Positions 50,235-59,489 of a DNA stretch of 64,000 bases are shown in pieces. The stretch covers positions 13,887 to 77,886 of the forward strand of contig CAZYIA010000004.1 of NCBI GenBank assembly GCA_964646765.1. Direction: 5' to 3'. Numbering within the stretch: position 1 is the first letter of the stretch; the number at the start of each line of letters is the position of its first letter. The position numbers and the translations under genes are program-made. This stretch comes from an uncultured Candidatus Saccharibacteria bacterium (GTDB lineage Bacteria > Patescibacteriota > Minisyncoccia > Phycocordibacterales > UBA9973). The notes beneath the pieces are model-generated. The model worked only from the letters and a program-made list of their open reading frames with translations. It was not told the DNA's origin and did not search any database.

Positions 50235-50393
50235 GGATTGTTTCCTCTGTTGGCCAGCACACAGTGTAGTCCTGGCCCGGATATAACTTTTCCATCGACG
50301 TCTTCCTGCAAATTGCAGAATCCTGCAACCCGCTTTCTCTCCCGCAAGGCTTGGGCGTCTCATGGTGAGACGCGGCCCTGCGGGAGAACAATC

Positions 50394-51137
50394 ATGGAAA
50401 TCACCCTCAACCACGAACAGGCGCTGTTCGTATTCAAAGGCGAAGATCACGTTACCTGCATGGGGTACGACGTGGTCTACAAGAGCATCCTCGAATTGCA
50501 CCGGCGGATCAGAAAGCTTCGGATTCTGCCCGACGGCATCGAACTGATGCCGGCTCTCGAGTCCGAGATCGGCACCCTCAAGCAATACGAGCAATACCGC
50601 GACATGCTTGGCATTGTTGGCAATCGCAAAATCGGCACCTGGTTCGATTACGACACGCCCGGCAAGGTGCGCAACATCCTCGAACAATACCGAAAGGAAG
50701 GCGGTCGCCTGCGGATTTTTTACGGTGATCGCGAGACCGGGGTGGATTGGCTTGAGGAAAACGATGTGCTGGGGCGTATCGGGCGTTCGACAGGCGTTCT
50801 GCCAATCCCCCTCCTTGTCGCCGAGGGTGAGCACGGCGGCCCGGGCATCCTGGACAGTTCGATAGTCAGGATCCTCGACGCCGACGCGCGTACGGAGCTT
50901 TACCGGCACAAGACCTATCGGCTGCCGGAGATGGAGATCCGCTCGACCGAAGGTATCACCTGTAGCTGGCGCACCGGCGAGCCTCCGAAGCTTTTGACGG
51001 AGATGGGTTACACGCACGGTGTCTGGGTCCGCGGCAAGGCCGGCGAGTTTTCGAACCACGCCAACTTCACATCCTATGGCAAGGCTGCACAGTTCGTCGC
51101 CTTCATGGCCGGCGAGTGCTGCGAGCAGCCCGTATAG
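50394..51137 (+). CDS. hypothetical plasmid/phage-type protein
   Basis: GGGAGA RBS; RLRIFYGD.ETG.DW.EE.DV.G.IGRSTG motif. Confidence 0.75.
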   Translation: MEITLNHEQALFVFKGEDHVTCMGYDVVYKSILELHRRIRKLRILPDGIELMPALESEIGTLKQYEQYRDMLGIVGNRKIGTWFDYDTPGKVRNILEQYRKEGGRLRIFYGDRETGVDWLEENDVLGRIGRSTGVLPIPLLVAEGEHGGPGILDSSIVRILDADARTELYRHKTYRLPEMEIRSTEGITCSWRTGEPPKLLTEMGYTHGVWVRGKAGEFSNHANFTSYGKAAQFVAFMAGECCEQPV

Positions 51138-51147
51138 GGGACGCGTC

Positions 51148-51456
51148 ATGATCTATCCGACGCTTCCGAATGCCGTTTCTTCATACGGCGCCTCGATGGG
51201 ACGTTCCGACACCATTCTCGATCCGGGCGAAGCCATGAAATTCAGGCTCTACCGGATGCCGATGGTCGACGGCGGCTGCTACGACACCGGCGGCGCCTAT
51301 TGGGGCGCATCTGTTCCCACTGGTGACGGTTACATGTGGCATGCACTTGCCGATGGGCCAACGGGCAGGAACGAAGTCTTTCTGCGTGCCTGGACCCGGA
51401 TCGCTGCCAAAGCGAAAGTGCGCTCTCTTTTCAGGAACGCTCGCTTCTATCGCTGA
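51148..51456 (+). CDS. hypothetical protein
   Basis: YGASMGR, DGGCYDTGGAYWG, FLRA.TR..AK; follows the previous gene by 10 nt. Confidence 0.7.
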   Translation: MIYPTLPNAVSSYGASMGRSDTILDPGEAMKFRLYRMPMVDGGCYDTGGAYWGASVPTGDGYMWHALADGPTGRNEVFLRAWTRIAAKAKVRSLFRNARFYR

Positions 51457-51486
51457 TCCCGCACGGCATCATGCCGCGCATCTCCC

Positions 51487-51523
51487 ATCCCGCGTCTGTG
51501 ATTCGCTCACGGCGGGATTTTTC
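51487..51523 (+). terminator. terminator hairpin, member of the dispersed family
   Basis: atccc-gcgtctgtg-attcgct-cacggc-gggat-tttt. Confidence 0.7.
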
Positions 51524-51656
51524 ATGCTTGGCGCTACGGCTTCCGTGTAGGCAAGGAAGTCTGTTTTTCACGGTGAAAAACGCCTTGCGCAGGAGAAACG
51601 TCATGTCTTCAACCATCCCCGGCTCCTGCCGGTTCATCAATGAATAGGAGGCTGCC

Positions 51657-51917
51657 ATGGAATCAGTTCTCGCGGCGGGTCTTCTGCGGCATGCCGCCAG
51701 CGCTATCCGGAACGGCGGCGTCGTCGACACCGCACTCCGTGAAGCCCCACGAGGCGCCAGCAAGTGCGTCCAGAAACTTGTCCTGGAGCGCATCAGCAAC
51801 GCCATTCCCGGCAAGACGAAAGCAAACATGACCCCGGAAGTCATCAGGGGCGCAATCAAACCACCCGTGCCGTTATCGCCGGCGCGGCATTCGACCGAAA
51901 CAGAAAAGGAGGCATGA
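51657..51917 (+). CDS. hypothetical protein
   Basis: AGGAGG RBS; 86 aa. Confidence 0.5.
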   Translation: MESVLAAGLLRHAASAIRNGGVVDTALREAPRGASKCVQKLVLERISNAIPGKTKANMTPEVIRGAIKPPVPLSPARHSTETEKEA

Positions 51918-51918
51918 T

Positions 51919-52110
51919 ATGGATACCGAGCGCAAAACCTGCGGTTCCTGCCGGCACGGCGCACCCTGCAGCCAATTCCTCAAGGGCAATGGCTGGGTGC
52001 AGATGGCGGAAAGCGGTTGGCTGTCCTGCTCCATTCGGCAATCGAACCCACAGGATCAGGCGCGAGTCTTCTCGCCCAACCGTGCCGCCTGCACGCTGTT
52101 CAAGCAGTAA
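51919..52110 (+). CDS. small Cys-rich protein
   Basis: AGGAGG RBS; CGSC.H...C...C; followed by a hairpin and T-run. Confidence 0.6.
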   Translation: MDTERKTCGSCRHGAPCSQFLKGNGWVQMAESGWLSCSIRQSNPQDQARVFSPNRAACTLFKQ

Positions 52111-52116
52111 CCCCCA

Positions 52117-52153
52117 CCCTCCTTGCGCCACACGGCTCAGGAGGGTTTCTTTT
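52117..52153 (+). terminator. intrinsic terminator
   Basis: ccctcct-tg-cgcc...ggc-tc-aggaggg followed by tttctttt. Confidence 0.55.
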
Positions 52154-52289
52154 CAGGCGACAACTCGCTCCGAGCGCAAGGCTTTCAGTTGGTATTCGCC
52201 GCGCGCTCGCACGCGCCGCCCGACGCAAATCTACAGCCTAATTACGCCAGGTGTGCAGCTTGGTCTTTTCGAAGAAAGCGCCGCCTGAA

Positions 52290-53177
52290 CTACCCCGCGC
52301 CCTGCGTCTGCGATTCGTTCGCGGCAGGGCTTTTCTTCTTTTTTGCCCCCGATGCCTTTAACAGCAACCAGTCCATTCCGGACACCGGAAGGATGCGCCT
52401 CGCCCACCAGAACAACTTTGCCGGAACCGTCACCCGGTACCGTGCGCGAGGCCTGCGCGACTCCAGCGCATGGATGACACAGTCGACCACGGCGGATGCC
52501 GGCAGTGTAAACGGGACCGCCGCGCCCTCCTTCCTGAGCCGCTCCAGCTGCACCTCGTACACTGCGCGGTACACGCTGGCATCCATGTCGATGTGGCGCA
52601 GGAATGGCGCCACGCAGTTCGCCCGGAAGCGGGTCTCGATCGGGCCGGGTTCGATCAAACTCACCGCGATTTCCGTTCCGGCGAGCTCCAAGCGTAATTG
52701 GTCAACAAGTCCTTCCATGGCGAACTTCGACGCAACATAGGCGCCACGGTACGGCAGCGCCGCATATCCCAGCACAGAACTGTTCCACACGATCCTGCCG
52801 TGACCCTGCCGGCGCATGACGGGGATCACCAGGTTCGTGAGCTCGACCGCCCCGAAGAGGTTGGCGTCGAACTGCTCGTGCAGCGCTTCGCGTGTGAGAT
52901 CCTCGACGGCGCCGACCATTCCGAAGCCGGCGTTGTTGAAAAGAGCGTCAAGCGTACCGCCGGTACGCTCCAGCACCTCGGCCACCGCACAGCGGATGCT
53001 CTCGCTGTCCGCCACATCGAGCTGCAGCGTCTCGAACGAGGCGTGCACCAGCTCGTTGACGTCTCTCCTGGAGCGGGCCGTGGCGAACACGCGCCACCCC
53101 CGGGTGGCCAGTGTCGAGGCCGTCTCAAGCCCGATGCCTGAGCTGCAGCCGGTGATCAGGATACTTCGTTTTACCAA
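52290..53177 (-). CDS. short-chain dehydrogenase/reductase (YbbO-like)
   Basis: ITGCSSGIG, FNNAG, NSS, YVASK. Confidence 0.92.
   Translation of the reverse strand: MVKRSILITGCSSGIGLETASTLATRGWRVFATARSRRDVNELVHASFETLQLDVADSESIRCAVAEVLERTGGTLDALFNNAGFGMVGAVEDLTREALHEQFDANLFGAVELTNLVIPVMRRQGHGRIVWNSSVLGYAALPYRGAYVASKFAMEGLVDQLRLELAGTEIAVSLIEPGPIETRFRANCVAPFLRHIDMDASVYRAVYEVQLERLRKEGAAVPFTLPASAVVDCVIHALESRRPRARYRVTVPAKLFWWARRILPVSGMDWLLLKASGAKKKKSPAANESQTQGAG
52299..52344 (+). terminator. terminator hairpin, member of the dispersed family
   Basis: gccctgc-gtc-tgcg-attcgtt-cgcg-gcagggc followed by a T-run. Confidence 0.7.
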
Positions 53178-55174
53178 TTCAACTCTTCGCCCCTGATGGC
53201 GGCGATCGCCGCGCTCACCTTGTCGACCGCCGGCGGAAAGAAACGCACGTTGGCGAACAGGGTCACCACCTGCCCGGCCTGCTGTTCGGAGTCATCGGCA
53301 ACGTCCCCGAAGCCGCGGTGATTGAGATCCATCTCGGACAGCTCGAATCCATCCGTCGTCTTGCACAGAAAATTCAGACGTTCCAGCGCCTGCGCGGAAA
53401 CCTCGGACCTCGACAGGTACATGAAAAAATCTCCCGCGCCGCCATTGCGCGCCAGCCGGCCACGCATCTGATGCAGGCTGCTGACGCCGTAGCGATCCGC
53501 CTCCACCACCACGAGCGCACGCAGGTCCTTGATGTTTACGCCGATCTCGATCAGCGAGGTGGCCAGCACGATGCTTTTCTGGCCGCTCTTCACAAGCTCC
53601 AGCGCGGCCAGTTTCTCCTGCTCTTTCATCTTCCCGTGCAACCCCACGACCTGTCCCGGGTAAAGCTTCTCCCAGATCGGCAAGGCGGACTCCACCGCGA
53701 ATTTCTCTTCCTCCGCCGGATCCTCGAGAAGGCTGCCGTTGGCGCGCACCAGCGGCAGGATGACCGCGATCTTGCTGCCTGCCTTGACGGTCTCCCGGAG
53801 CTTCCTGAACATGCCCGACTTGTCCGGTTCTCGGACCAGATGGGATTTGATGTCTTTCCTGACTGCATACTCGTTCAGGACCGTCAGGTCCATCCCTCCG
53901 TACATCACCAACGCCCCGGTTCGCGGGATGCACGTCGCCGTCGCCTCGATCAGGTTCGTGTGCGGCGCCATCAGGGCATCACGCTGCTGCTTCGACGTCT
54001 TTTGCTGCTCATCGACCACGAGACAATCCGGGACGATCTTCCGCTCCTTGCAGAAGCGGAATAGCGCGCTGGTGCCGACCAGGATGGGTTTCTTGCCGCC
54101 CTCGAACACCTCGGCCGGCGGCTTGGCCTTTGCGGTAACGAGCTCCACTCCAACCCCGGGAAACCATGCCTTGATTTCCGCGTAGGTCTGGTCCGCGAGT
54201 GGCGCATTCGGGCTGAAGATCACCACCTGGTGGCCGGCTTCCGCCGCGGCAGCCGCCATCGTCCCGAATACGCAGGTCTTCCCGGTCCCGACGTCGCCGG
54301 AAAGGAGAATCCGGTACGGCGACGGCGCAACCAGGCCGTGGTAAATTTTCCGCATGCAGTTGAGCTGCCCGTTCGTTGGCTTGAAGGGAAGCGCGCCGAG
54401 CATTGCCTTGATCCTTGGGCCCTCGAGCCTCAGCTGGGCGCCTTCGACCGGCGCATCATTCTTGCTGCGCTTGACCTGCAGGAGGATGTCGGCCACCGAG
54501 AGGCTGGTGGCATATTCCCTGGCGATCTCCGCCATCTCGTCGGAATCCGGCATGTGGAGCTGGCGGATCAGAGAGGCAAGATTCTTGAAAGGCTTTTTGC
54601 GGCTGAGGGTCGCTCCGACCTCGAGGATTTCTTTTTCACTCCACCCGGGAAAAGCCTTCTTGACGGTCTTGACCGACACGTCGATCGAGGTGGCCACAGC
54701 TGTATAGGCGCCACGCCTGGCAATCTCGCCCTTGACCTTGGCCTTCTTCGGATAGACCGGAACGAGCGGCAGATCTTTCGGCGGAAAATGGGCTTCGAGC
54801 AGGCGGTAACCGCCACCGTTCGTCTTCATGAGAAGGCCGCTGACGAGAATGTCGCTGCCTGGATGCGCCTGCACCAACGGGTGTCCATTGTCGACAACCC
54901 CGCTTCCGGTGGCCCGGATCTCTCGCGCAGTCGACTTTCCCTCGTCACAGTGGGAGAGCATCGCGGCGAAGCGTGGCGGATGCAGGGATTCTTGCGTGAC
55001 GTGAAGCAGCCTCGCAGACAGGACCACTTCGACGCCTTCACCGCATTGCGACGGCAGACGCCGGGTCACCTCTGAATAGGCCTGTTCGTATCGCACCGGC
55101 ACCTGAAGAACGGCTTCCGGGGCTTCCGAATAGCCAGCTTCGAGAATGACGGGATTCGTGGTCTTTCTGGCCAT
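53171..55174 (-). CDS. RecG-like SF2 helicase
   Basis: LPFKPT..Q, LLSGDVGTGKT, DEQQ, TATCIPRT, HGKM..EK, IEIGVN, HQMRGR, DGFELSEMDL..RGFGD. Confidence 0.88.
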   Translation of the reverse strand: MARKTTNPVILEAGYSEAPEAVLQVPVRYEQAYSEVTRRLPSQCGEGVEVVLSARLLHVTQESLHPPRFAAMLSHCDEGKSTAREIRATGSGVVDNGHPLVQAHPGSDILVSGLLMKTNGGGYRLLEAHFPPKDLPLVPVYPKKAKVKGEIARRGAYTAVATSIDVSVKTVKKAFPGWSEKEILEVGATLSRKKPFKNLASLIRQLHMPDSDEMAEIAREYATSLSVADILLQVKRSKNDAPVEGAQLRLEGPRIKAMLGALPFKPTNGQLNCMRKIYHGLVAPSPYRILLSGDVGTGKTCVFGTMAAAAAEAGHQVVIFSPNAPLADQTYAEIKAWFPGVGVELVTAKAKPPAEVFEGGKKPILVGTSALFRFCKERKIVPDCLVVDEQQKTSKQQRDALMAPHTNLIEATATCIPRTGALVMYGGMDLTVLNEYAVRKDIKSHLVREPDKSGMFRKLRETVKAGSKIAVILPLVRANGSLLEDPAEEEKFAVESALPIWEKLYPGQVVGLHGKMKEQEKLAALELVKSGQKSIVLATSLIEIGVNIKDLRALVVVEADRYGVSSLHQMRGRLARNGGAGDFFMYLSRSEVSAQALERLNFLCKTTDGFELSEMDLNHRGFGDVADDSEQQAGQVVTLFANVRFFPPAVDKVSAAIAAIRGEELNW

Positions 55175-55315
55175 GCGTTTTGCCGGCGCGCACTGCGTCC
55201 ATCAAGGATCAAAACGATGAAACGATCCTAGCAGCCTGGCTGCAAATGGCGGTTTTCTTATACCTGCGGATTCCTTGAAACAAAAGGCTATCCGGATTTG
55301 GCTGTGTTTGAAGGC

Positions 55316-56713
55316 TCACAGCCTGCCTTCTTCGAGTAGCCGGATCAGTGTGTTTATGTCCGCCCCGTAGTTCTTCTCTGGCGTCTCGTCTTGGTGTGGT
55401 TCCGCAGCCTTCAACACGGGTGGCCGGGGCGGTGCCACCCTAGCCAGGGTAGGCAGCCCGTAGCCGACAGAATCATCAGCAAATAGCTCGTACCCACGAA
55501 TCGGCACTGGCTCGCGCTTTCTCTCAAACTTGGGCCGGGACAGCTTGTGCTTGTGGGCACCCTCGGTGAAGAGAATCTTGGCCCTCAGCGCCTCGAACGA
55601 GTAGCCCCGTCCCAGCCGGTTCATGACGCGGATTAGGCTGTTCAGCGACTCGGTGTAGGCATTGGTGACGGGGTGCTCGAAGTATTCGATGATCCACGGC
55701 TGCCAGTTCGTCCAGGCGCGGATCAGGTCATGGAAGGCATCGCGGACTTCATGCGTGACGCTCTTGTTCCATGCCTCATACCGGCGCATGGCTTCAATGG
55801 GGTCGCCTGAGTGATAGACCCCGTAGAAGTCCTCCTTGAGCCGGTACGCCAGCCCTAGTTCAGGGTAGTTCTTCGTCCAGCCGTCCATGAGCAGCCGTTC
55901 CTGATCGTTCAGGTCGCGCTCGCGCTTGAGCAGCACGAACCGATCATGCATCAGCCCCCGGCGCTGCTTGGGCGTCAGTTGCTCGCGCAGGCTTTTCCGG
56001 ACCTTCTCCAGGGCGTCGTTCGCCATCCGGACGACGTGGAATTTGTCGATGACGATCCGGGCGTCAGGAAGGACCGCCTGGACGGCATCGCGGTAGGGGG
56101 CCCACATGTCCATCGCCACGTACTGCACCTCAGATTTCCCTTGCAGGTTGTAGAGGTAGTTCACGACCGTCTTTTTGTCCCGGTTGGGAAGCATGTTGAC
56201 GATGGTGTTGTTGCGGATGTTGCTGATGACGCAGCGGGGCCGGATCAAGTGGATTTCGTCGATGCCCATCCATTTGGGTGTTTCGAAGCGGAATTGCGCT
56301 TCCAGGTCGTTGATGTAGTCCCGGAAGATGTTGCGCACCGTCTTCTCGTCGATCCCGACTTCCTCAGCGATGCTGGCGAAGGTGCGCTTCAAGCTCTGCT
56401 GCCCGATCCACTTGGTCAGTCGGTCGGTCATTTCCCGCTTTGCGTTCACCGCCGGCAGGGCTTCCATGAAGGTCTTGCCGCAGGACAGGCAGCGCCAGCG
56501 CCGGGTATCGACGTAGATGCCCACGCGCTTGCCGTGGGTCGGCATGTCACGAATGACTTGCTCGTTGCGGCCGTGGCCGCGCAGAGCATCCGACCGGCAG
56601 GAGGGACACACCGAAGGCGGGTTCGAGACCTCGGCCGTGATGTGGTAATCGTGGTCGGTTTCCTCGACCCGCACTACCTTGTAGTCGGGGAGGTTCAGGA
56701 TGTTCGCAGGCAT
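55316..56713 (-). CDS. ISL3-family transposase
   Basis: Zn finger CPSC..CLSC, GIDE, MDMW.PY, IDKFHV, TNAYTESLN. Confidence 0.95.
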   Translation of the reverse strand: MPANILNLPDYKVVRVEETDHDYHITAEVSNPPSVCPSCRSDALRGHGRNEQVIRDMPTHGKRVGIYVDTRRWRCLSCGKTFMEALPAVNAKREMTDRLTKWIGQQSLKRTFASIAEEVGIDEKTVRNIFRDYINDLEAQFRFETPKWMGIDEIHLIRPRCVISNIRNNTIVNMLPNRDKKTVVNYLYNLQGKSEVQYVAMDMWAPYRDAVQAVLPDARIVIDKFHVVRMANDALEKVRKSLREQLTPKQRRGLMHDRFVLLKRERDLNDQERLLMDGWTKNYPELGLAYRLKEDFYGVYHSGDPIEAMRRYEAWNKSVTHEVRDAFHDLIRAWTNWQPWIIEYFEHPVTNAYTESLNSLIRVMNRLGRGYSFEALRAKILFTEGAHKHKLSRPKFERKREPVPIRGYELFADDSVGYGLPTLARVAPPRPPVLKAAEPHQDETPEKNYGADINTLIRLLEEGRL

Positions 56714-56791
56714 TACTTCTTCTTGACGACGATGGCGGAGGACACTCGGGCGAGTTCTATAGCAAGCTCTGCGCGCTGCGCAGCCTCAACG

Positions 56792-57043
56792 TCAAAGGGT
56801 TCTGGGTATCGAGCCACTAAGGCCCCGATTCACATCCAATGCGGCGAAGCGAGCTTTGTTCTCCTCGCCGACACAGATGGAATTCCAGCCCATCGCGTAA
56901 GCCGTGTCGGTTTCCAAGTCGCACCACTCGTCCATGAAGAGAATGGGCGTCGTTGAATTCGCCAGAGAGCCCAGGGCCGCTTTCTTCCCAGCCTCGACAG
57001 CCTGTTCCGGGGTAAGGCCCGGTGCCATGTTGAATCCTCGCAT
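56792..57043 (-). CDS. IS passenger hypothetical protein
   Basis: AAAGGAAA RBS before MRGFNMAPG. Confidence 0.45.
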   Translation of the reverse strand: MRGFNMAPGLTPEQAVEAGKKAALGSLANSTTPILFMDEWCDLETDTAYAMGWNSICVGEENKARFAALDVNRGLSGSIPRTL

Positions 57044-57232
57044 GTCATGCTTTCCTTTGCTTTGCTGCTGCGTCCCAGCCGGCTTGGCCCCAGGACGCCT
57101 GGCAATACTGGCAGTGACGAACCAAGCCAACCTCAGTTGCTCGCCACTGAGTGACACCGTGCTTGTCACACCCAGGGCAACGTAGCCGCTTCGGCTTTCG
57201 TTGCCCGTAGCCCTGGCCAGCGCGAACGCCCA

Positions 57233-57469
57233 TCAGTGGCTCCGAACGCAACGCCTGAAGTAGTAGGAGCCTTCCGGCTTCGAGAAGTCCATGTTCAGCC
57301 GCTGAGTAGCCTTGTTAACAGCTTCCTGGTATTCAGCAGCACGAACCTCGACGGCGACCTCGTTTCCGGAAAAACTCTCCAGGTACGTGACCGTCCACGC
57401 CGGGTTTCCAGCGCCGTGTGCCATCGCGGCCTCTTCGTGAAACGTGCTCATTGCAACCTCCGTAGACAC
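57233..57469 (-). CDS. IS passenger hypothetical protein
   Basis: 78 aa; GGAGG precedes the second Met (57451). Confidence 0.5.
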   Translation of the reverse strand: MSTEVAMSTFHEEAAMAHGAGNPAWTVTYLESFSGNEVAVEVRAAEYQEAVNKATQRLNMDFSKPEGSYYFRRCVRSH

Positions 57470-57593
57470 ATCTTAATCCGGTTTCAGTATAAGACGACGC
57501 CAGAAGAAAAGCAACAACTAAATCCGGTTTTACACTGGTTTGTCACTCGCTCGTCATCGAGGAGAAAACACACTCAAATCCGGATACCCAAAC

Positions 57594-57621
57594 AAAAAAG
57601 CCACCCAAAAGGATGGCTTTC
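57594..57621 (-). terminator. intrinsic terminator
   Basis: Minus strand reads gaaagccatcc-tttt-gggtggctttttt. Confidence 0.7.
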
Positions 57622-57795
57622 TGTCCTGTCACTGCGCCCGCCTACAGGAGGCAACGGTTTTAACCGACCCAGGAGGGTTGCTCCTGCCAGCGATGGCGAC
57701 GGGTTCGGAAGCTCGGCAGCTCAAGCTTTGCACTTGCACCTGGAGGCAGGCTGTGCGTTTGCAGCATGGCAGAAATTCACGGGAGTTTCAAGCGA

Positions 57796-59391
57796 TCAAG
57801 GCAACAGCCCTTTTTCATGGAACTTCCAGGCCATCCAGGACTGGAAATCCCTGTCCCTGGCTTGCGGGAGAAAACTTGCATGCAAGTCGGGCCTGGCGTC
57901 CGCCAGCCACTGGCACAGCATGATGAAATACATCCCGTCCAGCTTGCCCGGCTTGAACATGATGCGGTCCTGCGGCCGTGCAGCAAGATGATCGTTCACC
58001 AGCCTGTCGCGCTCGTCTGGCGGCATCGCCTGAATTGCCTGCGCAAGCGTGGCACGCTGGTGCGCCGCGAATTTCTCCTGGAGGACGCGCATTCGCTGCT
58101 CGTCCTGCTCCTGTTGCCGCTTCCGTTCCGCTTCCTCGAGCAGCCTGGCGTCCTCCGCCTCGCTTTGTGCTTCGCCCTTGGCGACGTTCACCAGGATTCC
58201 GCGGAAAAATGCCGACCGCGAGTAAATCTTCGATCCCTTCTTGCGCCAGCGATGCTCCGCTTCATGCAATCGTTTCAGTGCTTCGGCAACCTGTTCGAAC
58301 TGATAAAGCTGGCTGAAATTTGCAACTTCCTTGTCCGTAAAGCCGATGTTTTCGAGTTCCTTCAGCATCTCTGCTGGCCAGCCAAGCGGGAAATCGAATG
58401 CTTTCTGCAGCTTCGGGATGAACTTGAAACGCAGGCGAACCACCCGCCGGCCGGACTTTTCTTCCTTGAACTCGACGGTATGGTTGAGCGCGGGGTGCGC
58501 GTTGAGAATTTCCAGGCCCGGCACCAGATACCGGCGCTTGAAGTCCTTGTAGTCGACCACTTTCTTGACACCCTTGGCATCGACCTGCACAAACCGGCTC
58601 GGTCCGATGATGAGATCGATCCAGGTGGCCAGTTCCAGCGCCGGCGTCACCTTGGCCGAAGTACCGATGTAGCGCCAGATGTTCTGGTAGAGACCAAAGG
58701 CGGATTCCTGTCCGGGCCCCGCATCACGTCCAATGCCGCTCAAAACCGTCCACGAGAGGTTCGCCCACATGTTCGGTTCCAGAAACCAGAGCAGGATTTC
58801 CGGTTCGAACGCGAAACGCGTGTAGCCCAGTTTGTCGCCGATGCCCTTGTCGCGCCGGATCAGAAACGGTGCCACCGACTCATACTGGGCTTTTCCATCC
58901 TCCCCCAGCACGTTCCAGGAAAACCGGAAACCGACCAGCTCGGCCAGGGTGTCGTGGATCCTCTCCATGTTCGAAGTGCTCAGCCCGGCAAGCCGGGCCA
59001 GCTCCTTCGTGCGGATTTCGAACAGCGGCGTGGCGCGGTCTTCCCGGATCTTGCGAACCAACGCCTGAACCTGTTCCTTGGGCCTTTTCCGAAGGTCCAG
59101 CTGAACCGCGAGCGGCAACGCTTCCAGCAGCTTGCGCGCGGAAAGCTTCAGCGAGGCATCCCGTCGTTCGGGGATCGAATGGATGGCGGCAACCGGTTTG
59201 CGGTAGAGGTTGACCGACTCCGGCAACAGGAGCTCGTCGGAATGAAATAGTTTCTCCTGCGTGCCCCGGGTCTGCGCTTCGGCCGCCAGGATCTCGAAGT
59301 CCTTGCTCGCGTCCTCCTCGTCGAGCAATGTCCTCAGCAGCTCGGGCTCGGGCTGGTCCGCAGGATTTTCGTCTTCCGTCTCGCGGGCCAT
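57796..59391 (-). CDS. replication initiator protein (Rep_3/RepB-like winged helix)
   Basis: YRKPVAAIH, LS.RKLL.AL, LYQN..RY, YKDFKRR.L.P.LE.LN, K.GRRV..L.F; adjacent repeat region. Confidence 0.85.
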   Translation of the reverse strand: MARETEDENPADQPEPELLRTLLDEEDASKDFEILAAEAQTRGTQEKLFHSDELLLPESVNLYRKPVAAIHSIPERRDASLKLSARKLLEALPLAVQLDLRKRPKEQVQALVRKIREDRATPLFEIRTKELARLAGLSTSNMERIHDTLAELVGFRFSWNVLGEDGKAQYESVAPFLIRRDKGIGDKLGYTRFAFEPEILLWFLEPNMWANLSWTVLSGIGRDAGPGQESAFGLYQNIWRYIGTSAKVTPALELATWIDLIIGPSRFVQVDAKGVKKVVDYKDFKRRYLVPGLEILNAHPALNHTVEFKEEKSGRRVVRLRFKFIPKLQKAFDFPLGWPAEMLKELENIGFTDKEVANFSQLYQFEQVAEALKRLHEAEHRWRKKGSKIYSRSAFFRGILVNVAKGEAQSEAEDARLLEEAERKRQQEQDEQRMRVLQEKFAAHQRATLAQAIQAMPPDERDRLVNDHLAARPQDRIMFKPGKLDGMYFIMLCQWLADARPDLHASFLPQARDRDFQSWMAWKFHEKGLLP

Positions 59392-59489
59392 TAAAATCTC
59401 CGCTGGAAACCTTGCCGTTCGGGGCTGCGCATCTGATCAAATGCGGGAAAGGGGCCTCTCCCGGTCGGTTCCGCCCGGCTACAGGCGCG

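Larger units (their letters stand above)
55286..57589 (-). mobile_element. ISL3-family insertion sequence with passenger ORFs
   Basis: 24-bp imperfect terminal IRs (ggctatccggatttggctgtgttt / rc gggtatccggatttgagtgtgttt) flanked by an 8-bp direct repeat AAACAAAA (55278-55285, 57590-57597). Confidence 0.9.

Noticed and set aside
49722-51149. 475-aa minus ORF and 380-aa plus ORF overlapping extensively
   Set aside because: They resolve into two divergent genes (49722-50234 minus, 50394-51137 plus) with spurious 5' extensions.
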